Assembly (NCBI GenBank): GCA_021785935.1
Contig: JAJYOG010000001.1
Location: 192,743-256,742, forward strand
Direction: 5' to 3'
From: Actinomycetes bacterium
GTDB lineage: Bacteria > Actinomycetota > Thermoleophilia > BMS3ABIN01
Length of the DNA: 64,000 nt
The position numbers and the translations under genes were made by a program. Positions 35,510 through 47,408 of this stretch are shown here, one piece after another. Under the pieces are notes generated by a model. It saw nothing but the letters and a program-made list of their open reading frames with translations, was not told where the DNA came from and did not search any database. The first letter of the stretch is position 1, and every line of letters starts with the position of its first letter.

Positions 35510-36691
35510 CTAAAAAATCCCACCCGCGTAAAGCCGCTCAACAAATTTCCCCGCCGGCAACACCTCGACACCATCAAAATGATAAGACTTCTCTCCGGTG
35601 TAAACGCCAAACATCTTCTCTACGTGGACTTTCCCCTGCCCGGCGAGCGAACGCATCGGCCGTTCCCATCTTTGGTTCCACCTGTCTGCTAATTTGACCT
35701 CGATACAAACAACTTCGGCTCTGGAGCCGGGCCGCCTTTTTTTGGTCTCGATGACGAAGTCAATCTCGGAGCCTGCCGCGCTCCGGTAAAAGGAAATGGA
35801 CCGATTGCGATTGTGGGTATGATTGTAGATCTTCAGTTCGTGTAGAACGATTGTCTCAAGAGCGCCGCCCTGCCAGAGCCTGTCGGCAGGATTGAAAAGA
35901 AGACCCGCGGCCGCCCGCGCCACCCCCGGGTCGAACCAGTAAAACTTGGGATGGGTAGACTCGCGGACTTTGGCGCCCGGCCGGTAGGCGGGCAGGAAGT
36001 CGCCCAACAGCGTATCAACCAAAATGGAGAAGTATGAATCGACGGTGCTGCGGCCGATCATCGCCTCGCGGGCTATGTTGCTGGAATTGACCTGCTGCGC
36101 GTTCAGTTGGCCGGCGATGGCCAGGAACCTCAGGAAGGGCGCAAGCTGCCTGACGACACTTTCCTGTTTGATCTCTTCCTGAATATAAGTACTGACATAA
36201 GAGTTTAAAAGGTCGGCGGCGTGCTCCCGGTCAAACTGGATTAGCGGCAGAAAACCCCACTCCATCGAGAACTCGATGTCGCATAACTTCCCCAATTCCC
36301 GGCAGGAAAAAGCATCCATCTGCCTGGTCAAAGCCCGTCCACCCAAGAGATTGACGCCACTGCGGCGTATCTTCCGGGCCGAGGAGCCGCAAAGGGCGAA
36401 GCGCCAGCCCCTCTTTTCCATCAGCCGGTGGACCTCGTCGAGCAAGGCCGGCTCCTTCTGGACCTCGTCCAGCACTACCCATGTACCCCCAGGTTTGTCA
36501 GCCACCAACGCCTCCAGGCGAGCCGGTGAAAAAGAAAGCTCCAGTTGCAGGGAAGTGTCGAGCAGGTCGACAAAGACCGCGTCCGGCAGTTCTTTGCGTA
36601 GCCAGGTGCTCTTTCCAACACCTCTGGGGCCGAACAGGAAAAAAGACCGCTCGGGGGCCTTGAGCAGCCTGGTTACATATTTATTAGTCAT
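35510..36691 (-). CDS. AAA+ ATPase (AAA_14/DUF4143-like) with a C-terminal PD-(D/E)XK-like motif
   Basis: Walker A GPRGVGKST, Walker B VVLDEVQ. The C-terminus EIDFVIE...VVCIEVKLA fits D...ExK. Confidence 0.8.
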   Translation of the reverse strand: MTNKYVTRLLKAPERSFFLFGPRGVGKSTWLRKELPDAVFVDLLDTSLQLELSFSPARLEALVADKPGGTWVVLDEVQKEPALLDEVHRLMEKRGWRFALCGSSARKIRRSGVNLLGGRALTRQMDAFSCRELGKLCDIEFSMEWGFLPLIQFDREHAADLLNSYVSTYIQEEIKQESVVRQLAPFLRFLAIAGQLNAQQVNSSNIAREAMIGRSTVDSYFSILVDTLLGDFLPAYRPGAKVRESTHPKFYWFDPGVARAAAGLLFNPADRLWQGGALETIVLHELKIYNHTHNRNRSISFYRSAAGSEIDFVIETKKRRPGSRAEVVCIEVKLADRWNQRWERPMRSLAGQGKVHVEKMFGVYTGEKSYHFDGVEVLPAGKFVERLYAGGIF

Positions 36692-36727
36692 GGCCCCCTT
36701 CTTTCAATATGGGAAAATACCTACAAA

Positions 36728-36778
36728 ATTACAGTATAAATGTAATATTACAATGCTATATTACATTAACGTTGTAAT
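36728..36778. promoter_or_regulatory. Array of ATTACA/TGTAAT hexamers in the promoter region of the AAA+ ATPase gene
   Basis: ATTACA 36728, TGTAAT 36741 + ATTACA 36747 (a 12-bp palindrome), ATTACA 36760, TGTAAT 36773, with repeated 13-nt offsets. It lies 37-87 nt upstream of the start at 36691. Confidence 0.4.
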
Positions 36779-36802
36779 AATGCAAGGATTACTTCGTTGG
36801 GC

Positions 36803-37597
36803 TCAGCCGCTTCCGCAACACCTCTTGTATTTCTTTCCAGACCCGCAGGGGCAGGGATCGTTACGGCCGGGCTTTTGGTCCTTGCCGGGACTCTTGTTAT
36901 TATCATCTGGCATCGAGCCGCCGCCAAACGCGTGCTCGTAATATCCTGAATCCATGAGAGCCTTCTGCAAGAGCCGGCCCAGCTCGGCGTAGCTTTTCAT
37001 GGAGTCGGGAAGCAGACGCAGCGCCAGTCTGGCGGCTTCCTCCAGGGACTCGCATTTGGGGAGCATTTCCCTGCGTAGATCGTCAGCACGTTTGCCACTG
37101 GCAAAGAAGAAAAGGATCAGCATGACGGCGCCCAGTTCTTCATCGAGCGAGTCTGGCGTCCACTGGTCCCACATTTCCTGCAGCCAGGTATGGCCGTCCG
37201 TGAAACCCGTGGCCCACTGGCTGAGAGGCGCCGCCCGGTCGAGGTTCGCGGTGGCTTTTTCCAGAATCAGGCAGCCGGGGGGCAGCTGGACCCGCTCGTC
37301 ATGTACTTCCCCGTTAATCCGGTTGCTCAGGCTCATGATGGCGCCCAGGATTGTCCGGGCTTCTTCCATGTCCTCGTAAACCGCTTCTCCATCATTGAAG
37401 ATGAGCGGCATCCATTCCGACGGAGGCACGAACTCGGGCGCACACGCCAGCGCGAAGAGAAAACCCGTGAGGTGGAAATAGCTCATGGTGCCGTCCGGCC
37501 GTCCGGAAGCAGCCAGGAACTCCTGGAGCCGCACGGCGTCGGCGCTGGAAAAATCGTTGATATTGAGCTCGTTCATTCCCGTTAGAATCCTCGTCAT
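36803..37597 (-). CDS. YecA/UPF0149-family protein with C-terminal SEC-C zinc motif
   Basis: C-terminus [19 protein letters not shown]. The N-terminal region has UPF0149-like features ([28 protein letters not shown]). Confidence 0.8.
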   Translation of the reverse strand: MTRILTGMNELNINDFSSADAVRLQEFLAASGRPDGTMSYFHLTGFLFALACAPEFVPPSEWMPLIFNDGEAVYEDMEEARTILGAIMSLSNRINGEVHDERVQLPPGCLILEKATANLDRAAPLSQWATGFTDGHTWLQEMWDQWTPDSLDEELGAVMLILFFFASGKRADDLRREMLPKCESLEEAARLALRLLPDSMKSYAELGRLLQKALMDSGYYEHAFGGGSMPDDNNKSPGKDQKPGRNDPCPCGSGKKYKRCCGSG

Positions 37598-37731
37598 GGT
37601 AAGGGTCTGGATAGAAAAATATCATTTTCAGGTTTATTTATCAGCCGGATCCCGCATTTCTTCTTGCCATCAAGCCGATCATTACCGTATTATTATTGTA
37701 AGGAATCATGAATAAGTAAGGAGACTGGGCG

Positions 37732-37986
37732 ATGGTAATGAAATCAACTCTTACGAGCAAGGGGCAGACTACCATACCGAATCAGATCAGAAAGCAGATG
37801 GGACTCAAGGCAGGCGATGGCCTAGTTTACAGCATCGAAGGTGATCATATCGTGATGAAGCCGGTGAAAGGGACACTTCTGGACGCCTATGCCTCCGTGA
37901 AGCCGAAACAGCGCCCGGAAGACTTTTCCCGTGTACGCCGCCGCGTCCGTGCGGAGCGGGCTGAGAAGATCCATGCCGGTAAATAA
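37732..37986 (+). CDS. AbrB/MazE/SpoVT-family antitoxin
   Basis: LTSKGQTTIPNQIRKQMGLKAGDGLVYSIEGDHIVMKP is the swapped-hairpin barrel signature. Confidence 0.8.
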   Translation: MVMKSTLTSKGQTTIPNQIRKQMGLKAGDGLVYSIEGDHIVMKPVKGTLLDAYASVKPKQRPEDFSRVRRRVRAERAEKIHAGK

Positions 37987-38005
37987 ACAGACTGCGCCGG
38001 GCGTG

Positions 38006-38449
38006 ATGGATACATCTTATTTTTTGGACGCCGATCTCTTCCTGCGTTTTCTTACCGGTGACGACCGGCGCAAGGCGCAAGCGTGCCGGCGCCTGGTACA
38101 AAAGGCTGTCGACGGGGAGCTGAGCCTCTCAACCCATCCAATGATCATGGCCGAGGTTGTCCGGATACTGGATTCGTATTACAAGCTGCCTCGAGAAGAA
38201 ATAGCGACAAAGCTGCGGTTGATCATGAACACGCCCAACCTGGCAATCGCTGATGGAAATGCATTTAGCCTCGCGGTGGAACTTTATTCCTGCTCAAAAA
38301 TCGATCTGGCTGATTGTTTTGCGGCGGCAATGGTCGCTCAGAAAGGTTGTATGCTGGTCAGCTATGACCGTGATTTCGACAAGCTTGAAGGCATTCAGCG
38401 GGTAAAGCCGGAAGACATTGGCAAAATTGTCAGGCCCGGTTCGCTCTGA
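38006..38449 (+). CDS. PIN-domain toxin (VapC-like)
   Basis: FLDADLFLRFL..., ...DCFAAAMV..., SYDRDFDK are PIN acidic residues. Start taken at ATG 38006 (GTG 38003 also possible). Confidence 0.75.
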   Translation: MDTSYFLDADLFLRFLTGDDRRKAQACRRLVQKAVDGELSLSTHPMIMAEVVRILDSYYKLPREEIATKLRLIMNTPNLAIADGNAFSLAVELYSCSKIDLADCFAAAMVAQKGCMLVSYDRDFDKLEGIQRVKPEDIGKIVRPGSL

Positions 38450-38590
38450 ATTCAATCCGTCCGCCGCTTCTGTTATACTCTTCACTTCCACACTGCATAG
38501 CGATGCGCGGCTTTTCGATTGTCAGCGCACGCGCCAAATATCCCACTCCTGCTCCATGCGTTTGGCATGGGGCCGCCTAGACCGAAGGAG

Positions 38591-38905
38591 GTGAGTACCA
38601 CGAGCAACTACGAAATTATGCTTCTGCTCAACCCTGAAGCAGAGCCTGCCCGCCAGACGGAGATTTTGGACCGTATCAAGAAGACGTCCACGGACGGCGG
38701 CGGCTCGGTTGATAACGTCGAGGAATGGGGCAAGAAACGTCTCGCCTACGAGATCGACCATATCCGCGACGCCTTCTACTACGTTATCACTCTCACCATT
38801 TCAGCGGCTGCGCTGGACGAGATCTCGCGCATCCTTAGAATAACCGACGAGGTGATCCGCTTTATGCCGGTCGCCCTCAAGGAGAAAGTGGCAAGTGAGA
38901 GCTAA
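38591..38905 (+). CDS. rpsF: 30S ribosomal protein S6
   Basis: YEIMLLLNP ... EWGKKRLAYEI. Start uncertain: GTG 38591 directly abuts the GAAGGAG Shine-Dalgarno, and ATG 38618 is the next canonical start. Confidence 0.85.
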   Translation: MSTTSNYEIMLLLNPEAEPARQTEILDRIKKTSTDGGGSVDNVEEWGKKRLAYEIDHIRDAFYYVITLTISAAALDEISRILRITDEVIRFMPVALKEKVASES

Positions 38906-38917
38906 AGGAGGCCCAAG

Positions 38918-39367
38918 ATGGCCAGTATCAACCGTGTGACCCTGGTAGGAAATCTGACCCGCGATCCCGAGTTGCGGACGACGCCCAACGGCAAATCCGT
39001 CTGCACCCTGGGGCTGGCGGTGAACGAACGTTACAAGAACGACTCCGGTGAGTGGGTGGAAAAGCCCAACTTCTTCGACATAGTTGTCTGGGGAGCCCAA
39101 GCGGAAAGCTGCAGCCAGTATTTGAACAAAGGCCGTCAGATAGCCGTTGACGGGCGTCTGAGCTTCCGCAGCTGGGAAGCGCAGGACGGCTCCAAGCGCT
39201 CCAAGGTCGAGGTAATCGCCAATACGGTGCAGTTCCTGGGCTCGCGCCAGGACGCTGGCTCGCAGGCAGGCGCACCGGTAACGACGGGGGCGCCCTCGGG
39301 GCTTAACCCCGATACATCGGATTTCGAAACGCCCGCATCAGGCGGGGACGATGACATCCCCTTTTAA
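38918..39367 (+). CDS. ssb: Single-stranded DNA-binding protein
   Basis: MASINRVTLVGNLTRDPELR... OB fold and the acidic tip DDDIPF. Confidence 0.95.
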   Translation: MASINRVTLVGNLTRDPELRTTPNGKSVCTLGLAVNERYKNDSGEWVEKPNFFDIVVWGAQAESCSQYLNKGRQIAVDGRLSFRSWEAQDGSKRSKVEVIANTVQFLGSRQDAGSQAGAPVTTGAPSGLNPDTSDFETPASGGDDDIPF

Positions 39368-39392
39368 CAAACAAGTAAATTAGGACGGATAA

Positions 39393-39686
39393 ATGCCACC
39401 ATCATCATCTAGAGGTTCAGGTTCAGGACCGCGCCGAGGGGGCAGCAAAAGGCCCTCATGGAGAGCCGGAGGCGCCTCCCAGCGGCGCAAGTATTGTTAC
39501 TTCTGCAAGGAAAAAGTCGAAGAGATCGACTTCAAGAACTACAACCAGCTCAGGCGTTACGTCTCCGACCGGGGCAAGATCCGCGCTCGCCGCGTGACCG
39601 GAACCTGCCGGCGGCATCAGCGGCAGCTGGCGATCGCTATCAAGCGCGCCCGTGAAATGGCGCTCTTGCCGTACCTGGTCAGATAA
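39393..39686 (+). CDS. rpsR: 30S ribosomal protein S18 (with Arg/Gly/Ser-rich N-terminal extension)
   Basis: [53 protein letters not shown]. Confidence 0.92.
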   Translation: MPPSSSRGSGSGPRRGGSKRPSWRAGGASQRRKYCYFCKEKVEEIDFKNYNQLRRYVSDRGKIRARRVTGTCRRHQRQLAIAIKRAREMALLPYLVR

Positions 39687-39723
39687 GCGGCCGGGTCTGG
39701 GCGCAAGCGAACCCGGGAGCAGA

Positions 39724-40701
39724 TTGAGCACTTACTCCAAAACCACCCTTATCGACGGCGGCAAGGCGGTCGCGTTGTCGGTCGCCCTGGGAGTGGTAAT
39801 TGCGTTCCTGCCGCTGCTATCCATCGTGGCGGTGCCGGCGATGCCGATACCGGTCGCTTTTATTACTTCACGGCACGGGCTGCTTGCCGGACTAGCCGCC
39901 AGTTTGCTGGGCGGAGCAGTCTGTGTTGCCCTGACGGGGATCTACGCCGGCATGCTCATTTTCATGCTGATGGCACTGTCGGGTATCGGCGCGGGGCTGG
40001 CGCTCAGGAAGGGCGTCTCCCAGTTCCGGCTGTTTGTTTCGATGACGGCGATCTTCTTTGCGACGCTGGTCTTGTGGCTGGGGGCGCTTTTGCTGATCAT
40101 CGGCGAAAGCCCTGTGAGCGCATTGCAGTCCCTGGCTGATTCGACCGCGGAGCCAAGTCGGCAGGTGTACCAGGCGTTGGGCATGAGCCAGCAGGACATC
40201 GACGCCTCGCTGGCGCAGGCGAAAGATTTCGCTTCGATCCTGCCCTATCTGGCGCCGGGGGTGCTGCTGGTTGTATCGATCGTGTTTTCCGGAGCCAGCC
40301 TGGCTCTGGCCCGGCGCGTGTTTGAAAGGCTGCGGCAACCGTTCCCGCGGGACTTTATCTTCCGCGACTTCCGGGTGCACTGGACATTCGCTTACGTCAT
40401 GATCGCGGGATTGTTGTGCCAGCTGATCGCTCCCTATCTATCGGGGACTTATTCTTCCCCGGTCGACATAACCGGTGCGAATCTGATCATTGTCGCCGAG
40501 GTATTATTCTTCATTCAGGGGATGGCAATTGCCAATTTCTTCCTCTGGGCTTTCAAGGTCAAAAAAGCGCGGCGCTGGATTGTTTACATCTGCATGATCC
40601 TGCTGCAACTGACGTTGTCACTGACCAGCTGGATGGGCCTGTTCGACACCTGGCTGGACTATCGCCGCCGTTTCATCAAGAAGAATCTTTCCCGCCAATA
40701 A
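39724..40701 (+). CDS. DUF2232 (YybS-like) membrane protein
   Basis: Polytopic membrane protein in the conserved rpsR-yybS-...-rplI-dnaB position. Start taken at TTG 39724 to avoid overlap with rpsR. Confidence 0.6.
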   Translation: MSTYSKTTLIDGGKAVALSVALGVVIAFLPLLSIVAVPAMPIPVAFITSRHGLLAGLAASLLGGAVCVALTGIYAGMLIFMLMALSGIGAGLALRKGVSQFRLFVSMTAIFFATLVLWLGALLLIIGESPVSALQSLADSTAEPSRQVYQALGMSQQDIDASLAQAKDFASILPYLAPGVLLVVSIVFSGASLALARRVFERLRQPFPRDFIFRDFRVHWTFAYVMIAGLLCQLIAPYLSGTYSSPVDITGANLIIVAEVLFFIQGMAIANFFLWAFKVKKARRWIVYICMILLQLTLSLTSWMGLFDTWLDYRRRFIKKNLSRQ

Positions 40702-40757
40702 AAATAGCTACGCCGCAAATAGCGAAATATGATTATAAGAGAGGAGACCGTAATAAT

Positions 40758-41213
40758 ATGGACGTGATATTGTTGCAGGACGTCGAAAAGCTTGGCGACA
40801 AAGGAGTGGTTGTTTCCGTTTCAGATGGTTATGCGCGCAACTTTCTGTTGCCCCGCAAACTGGCGGAACAATCGTCTGCCGGACGGATCGCCGAGATTCG
40901 CCGTCGCCAGGAAGAGGAAGAGCATAAGAAGGTGCGCGATGCTGAGCGCGCCGACGACGTCGCCGATCTTTTGGGCAAGACAGTTATTACTGTTACCGCC
41001 CAGGCTGGCGAAGACGGGAAGCTGTTTGGGTCTGTGACCTCAGCGGACATCTCCAAGGAGATATTACGCGCCCGCAACGTCAAAATCGACAAGAAAAAAA
41101 TCAGCCTCGAAGAACCGATCAAGGAGACCGGCGACTACATGGTCGAGATCGAAGTGCATACCGGCGTCAAGGCTAACACCAAGGTGATAGTGGCGCCCGC
41201 GGGGAAAGAATAG
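40758..41213 (+). CDS. rplI: 50S ribosomal protein L9
   Basis: MDVILLQDVEKLGDKGVVVSVSDGYARNFLLPRKLA. GAGGAG RBS upstream of ATG 40758. Confidence 0.93.
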   Translation: MDVILLQDVEKLGDKGVVVSVSDGYARNFLLPRKLAEQSSAGRIAEIRRRQEEEEHKKVRDAERADDVADLLGKTVITVTAQAGEDGKLFGSVTSADISKEILRARNVKIDKKKISLEEPIKETGDYMVEIEVHTGVKANTKVIVAPAGKE

Positions 41214-41221
41214 GCCCATCC

Positions 41222-42556
41222 TTGGCGAGAGACCCGAAACCATCGGCGCCTTTACCGCCCCAGAATCTGGAGGCGGAGGTATCAGTGCTGGGCTCCATGA
41301 TGATCTCGCCGATGGCGATTACCCACGTTGTCGAAAAGATCCATGAAACCGATTTCTATCGCGATTCCCATCGAGAGATATTCAGGACGATTACCGAGCT
41401 GTTCAACCAGGGGGACCCGGTCGATCCGATCACGGTTACCGAGAATCTGGCTCTCAGGGGCGTGCTGGAACAGGTAGGTGGCAAGGCATACATTCATACC
41501 CTGGTGTCAACGGTGCCGGCGGCTGCCAATGCGTCGCATTACGCCGCGATTGTCAGGGAGAACTCGGTGCTCAGGTCGCTGATTCAGGTCGGCAACCGGA
41601 TCGCGGAGCTTGGTTATGAGCGCCCCGGTGATGTCAGGGAGCTTCTCGACCAGAGCGAGAAGATGGTCTTTGAGATCTCGCAGTCCCAGATTCGCGGTGA
41701 AGCGCGGCCGCTGAAAGAGCTTCTGGCCGAACAGTTCGACCGGATCGAAAAGCTTCACGAGCAGGGCAGAAAGATCACGGGTGTCGCCACCGGATTTCCT
41801 GATCTCGACAAGATTACGTCAGGACTCCAGGATTCAAACCTGATCATACTGGCCGCGCGGCCGGCCGTAGGCAAGACCGCTCTGGCATTGGATCTGGCCC
41901 AGAACATCGCCCTCAAGGAAGACGTGCGCGTGGTCATCTTCAGCCTGGAGATGAGCGACAGTGAGTTGGCGCAGAGAATGATGTGCGCCCAGGGGCGGGT
42001 GGACAGCCACCGCCTTCGCACCGGCGCTGTCGGTCCGGATGATTGGGCCAAGCTGACTGAAGCCTGCGCCCGTCTTGAGCGCGCACCGATAACTGTTGTC
42101 GACACCCCCGGCACGAATATGCTTGAGATTCAGGCCATCACTCGCAGGCTTGCCAGCCAGCAGGCAGTCGGGCTCGTGGTTATCGACTACCTGCAGCTGA
42201 TGATGTCCGATGGCCGCTACGAAAACAGGCAACAGGAAATTACCAAGATATCACGGTCGCTGAAAATCATGGCGCGTGATCTGAAGGTGCCGGTGCTGGC
42301 CATCTCACAGCTTTCTCGCGCTGTGGAATCAAGAACGCCGCCGCGTCCGGCCCTGCCTGATCTTCGCGAATCCGGCGCCATCGAACAGGATGCGGACGTG
42401 GTGATGTTCATCTACAGGCCCAAGAACGAAGCCGGCCATATGGAGAACACCGCCGAACTCATTCTTGCCAAGCACCGTAACGGACCCACCGGGTCCATAG
42501 ACCTGATTTTCGATGAAAAGTACACATCGTTTCGAAGCGCCTCGATGCGCGTTTAA
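41222..42556 (+). CDS. dnaB: Replicative DNA helicase DnaB
   Basis: PPQNLEAEVSVLGSMM..., Walker A ARPAVGKT, and the IDYLQLM, SQLSR, RESGAIEQDAD motifs. No intein. Confidence 0.95.
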   Translation: MARDPKPSAPLPPQNLEAEVSVLGSMMISPMAITHVVEKIHETDFYRDSHREIFRTITELFNQGDPVDPITVTENLALRGVLEQVGGKAYIHTLVSTVPAAANASHYAAIVRENSVLRSLIQVGNRIAELGYERPGDVRELLDQSEKMVFEISQSQIRGEARPLKELLAEQFDRIEKLHEQGRKITGVATGFPDLDKITSGLQDSNLIILAARPAVGKTALALDLAQNIALKEDVRVVIFSLEMSDSELAQRMMCAQGRVDSHRLRTGAVGPDDWAKLTEACARLERAPITVVDTPGTNMLEIQAITRRLASQQAVGLVVIDYLQLMMSDGRYENRQQEITKISRSLKIMARDLKVPVLAISQLSRAVESRTPPRPALPDLRESGAIEQDADVVMFIYRPKNEAGHMENTAELILAKHRNGPTGSIDLIFDEKYTSFRSASMRV

Positions 42557-42657
42557 ACCGGCGTCCCGGTTCGGCGGTGCGGCAGCAGCTCGTTTTTTAC
42601 GGTGCGGCATGTACATGCAGGCATGTCCGGATGCCTGACAACGCGCACGTTGATAAC

Positions 42658-44187
42658 ATGAAATCGATTCCACAGGATATTCTTGAACCGGCGCGGACTA
42701 TTTCCTTTCGGGAGGTCGGCGTCAGGCTGGTCAATCCTGTCGGTCTTATTCGCAGGCTGGGCCTCCCCGGGAGCGGCCCTTATGTGCTTCTCGATAGCGC
42801 CGGCGGCAATCCCGACCTTTGCCGGTTTTCATTCCTCGCCTGGAGCCCACGGCTGACGGTAACGATCCGCGGTGGATTTGCCGCCATCAAGGGCACGGAT
42901 GCAGGTGTTGCCGGTCTGACGGACCCGGCTCCGATCGAAGTCGAAGTCGATGAGCCATTCACATTTATTCGGGAACTCATGGAGTCGCTGGCCCCGGATA
43001 GAAAAATTCTGCCGCCGGAGCTCGCCGGGCTTCCCGCATGTGGCGGCGCCTTCGGCCTCCTGAGCTATGACGCCGGCCGCTACATCGAGAAGTTGCCCAG
43101 CTCAGCGAAAGACGATCTCGGTCTGCCGGAATTTGATTTTATTTTTCCACGGCGCCTCATATGTTATGACCACTGGCGCCGCTCGGCTCATCTCATTTTT
43201 GAAGATGCCGCTCCCGGCGAACTGGAAGAAACCGAAAGCGCATTGTACAGGCAGGAAGCAGCGGGGGCTGCCGACGCGCCGAACGATATTGGCCGGGACG
43301 GTCACACCCTCAGCTCACTTACCAGGTCGAACCTGACGCCTGAAGATTTTCTACGAATTGTGCGACGGGCCAAAGAATACATACTGGCTGGCGACATCTT
43401 CCAGTCAAATCTTTCGCAGCGCCTGGAGCTCGACTTCGCCGGCGATAGTCTTGATCTTTACGATGTGCTGCGTGGTGTTAATCCTTCACCGTTCGCCGGC
43501 TATCTCGACCTCGGCGGTTATCAGCTGGTTTCATCTTCACCGGAACGCCTGGTGCAGCTGCAGGGCCGCCGCGCCCAGACACGGCCGATAGCCGGCACTC
43601 GCCGCCGCGGCGTTGATTTCAGCGAGGACGACAGCCTCAAGACAGAGCTGAACCTCGATCCCAAGGAGCGCGCCGAACACATCATGCTGGTGGACCTCGA
43701 GCGCAATGACATGGGCCGCGTCTGTGACTATGGCAGTGTCGAGGTTAATGAACTCATGGTCAATGAAGCCTATTCACACGTCATCCACATCGTCTCCAAC
43801 GTTAAAGGCAGGCTGCACGACGGCCGGGATGCCCTGGATCTGCTCCGGGCCATGTTTCCTGGAGGAACCATCACCGGCTGCCCCAAGGTCCGGTGCATGG
43901 AGATCATCGATGAGCTCGAACCGGTAAGGCGTGGACCCTATACCGGCAGCTTTGGCTACATCGGCTACTCCGGCCATATGGACATGAACATCATCATCCG
44001 GACCCTGGTCCGGATCGGTGACAAAGTCTACACACAGGTGGGCGCCGGTATCGTTGCCGACTCGGATCCGGAGCGGGAGTACCGCGAGACCCTGCGCAAA
44101 GCCGAAGCCACAGTCAGGGCAGTAGGGTTGGCAAACCGAAAAGCGGAAAGAACAAAAGTCGCCGCATCCATCGAGAGAAGAGGATAA
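42658..44187 (+). CDS. pabB: Aminodeoxychorismate synthase component I (chorismate-binding enzyme)
   Basis: Chorismate-binding motifs (SSPERLV, RGPYTGSFGYIGYSG, IRT). Called PabB rather than TrpE because an ADC-lyase-like gene follows. Confidence 0.75.
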   Translation: MKSIPQDILEPARTISFREVGVRLVNPVGLIRRLGLPGSGPYVLLDSAGGNPDLCRFSFLAWSPRLTVTIRGGFAAIKGTDAGVAGLTDPAPIEVEVDEPFTFIRELMESLAPDRKILPPELAGLPACGGAFGLLSYDAGRYIEKLPSSAKDDLGLPEFDFIFPRRLICYDHWRRSAHLIFEDAAPGELEETESALYRQEAAGAADAPNDIGRDGHTLSSLTRSNLTPEDFLRIVRRAKEYILAGDIFQSNLSQRLELDFAGDSLDLYDVLRGVNPSPFAGYLDLGGYQLVSSSPERLVQLQGRRAQTRPIAGTRRRGVDFSEDDSLKTELNLDPKERAEHIMLVDLERNDMGRVCDYGSVEVNELMVNEAYSHVIHIVSNVKGRLHDGRDALDLLRAMFPGGTITGCPKVRCMEIIDELEPVRRGPYTGSFGYIGYSGHMDMNIIIRTLVRIGDKVYTQVGAGIVADSDPEREYRETLRKAEATVRAVGLANRKAERTKVAASIERRG

Positions 44188-44197
44188 CGAGTTCAGG

Positions 44198-47024
<2,827 letters not shown>

Positions 47025-47408
47025 ATCGTCTCCATGTTGTCGATCGGCCTGCTTTCAGGCCGGATAGCGAGGACACGATCAAAAAGTATATCAAGCCCGT
47101 GGGAACGTTAGTATGCATCCGCATGTGGATTATAACAATTATTAGTAATATAATAATGTATCTTCTCAATGCCCTGATGGCATTGACTGCCCGAATCGAG
47201 GCGCCACGAACGTCCAAACTCTAAAGCCGAACCAACGGGAGGGATCTATGATGCCATCACCAGTCAAGCAGTTGACCTGCTACCGGATCCTCCGTCCGGG
47301 TCAGTGCTTCATTTCAACGTGGACCTAGAGCCTGACGCTGTCATTTTTAGCAATCTCGACGGCTCGGTATCTGAAGCGGTAAAAATGAAATACGGAGGAT
47401 AAAGGCTT

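Noticed and set aside
40416-40757. N-terminal 114-codon extension of the rplI ORF in the track
   Set aside because: The extension overlaps the 3' end of the DUF2232 gene in another frame. L9 homology begins exactly at MDVILLQDVEKLG (ATG 40758), which has a GAGGAG RBS.
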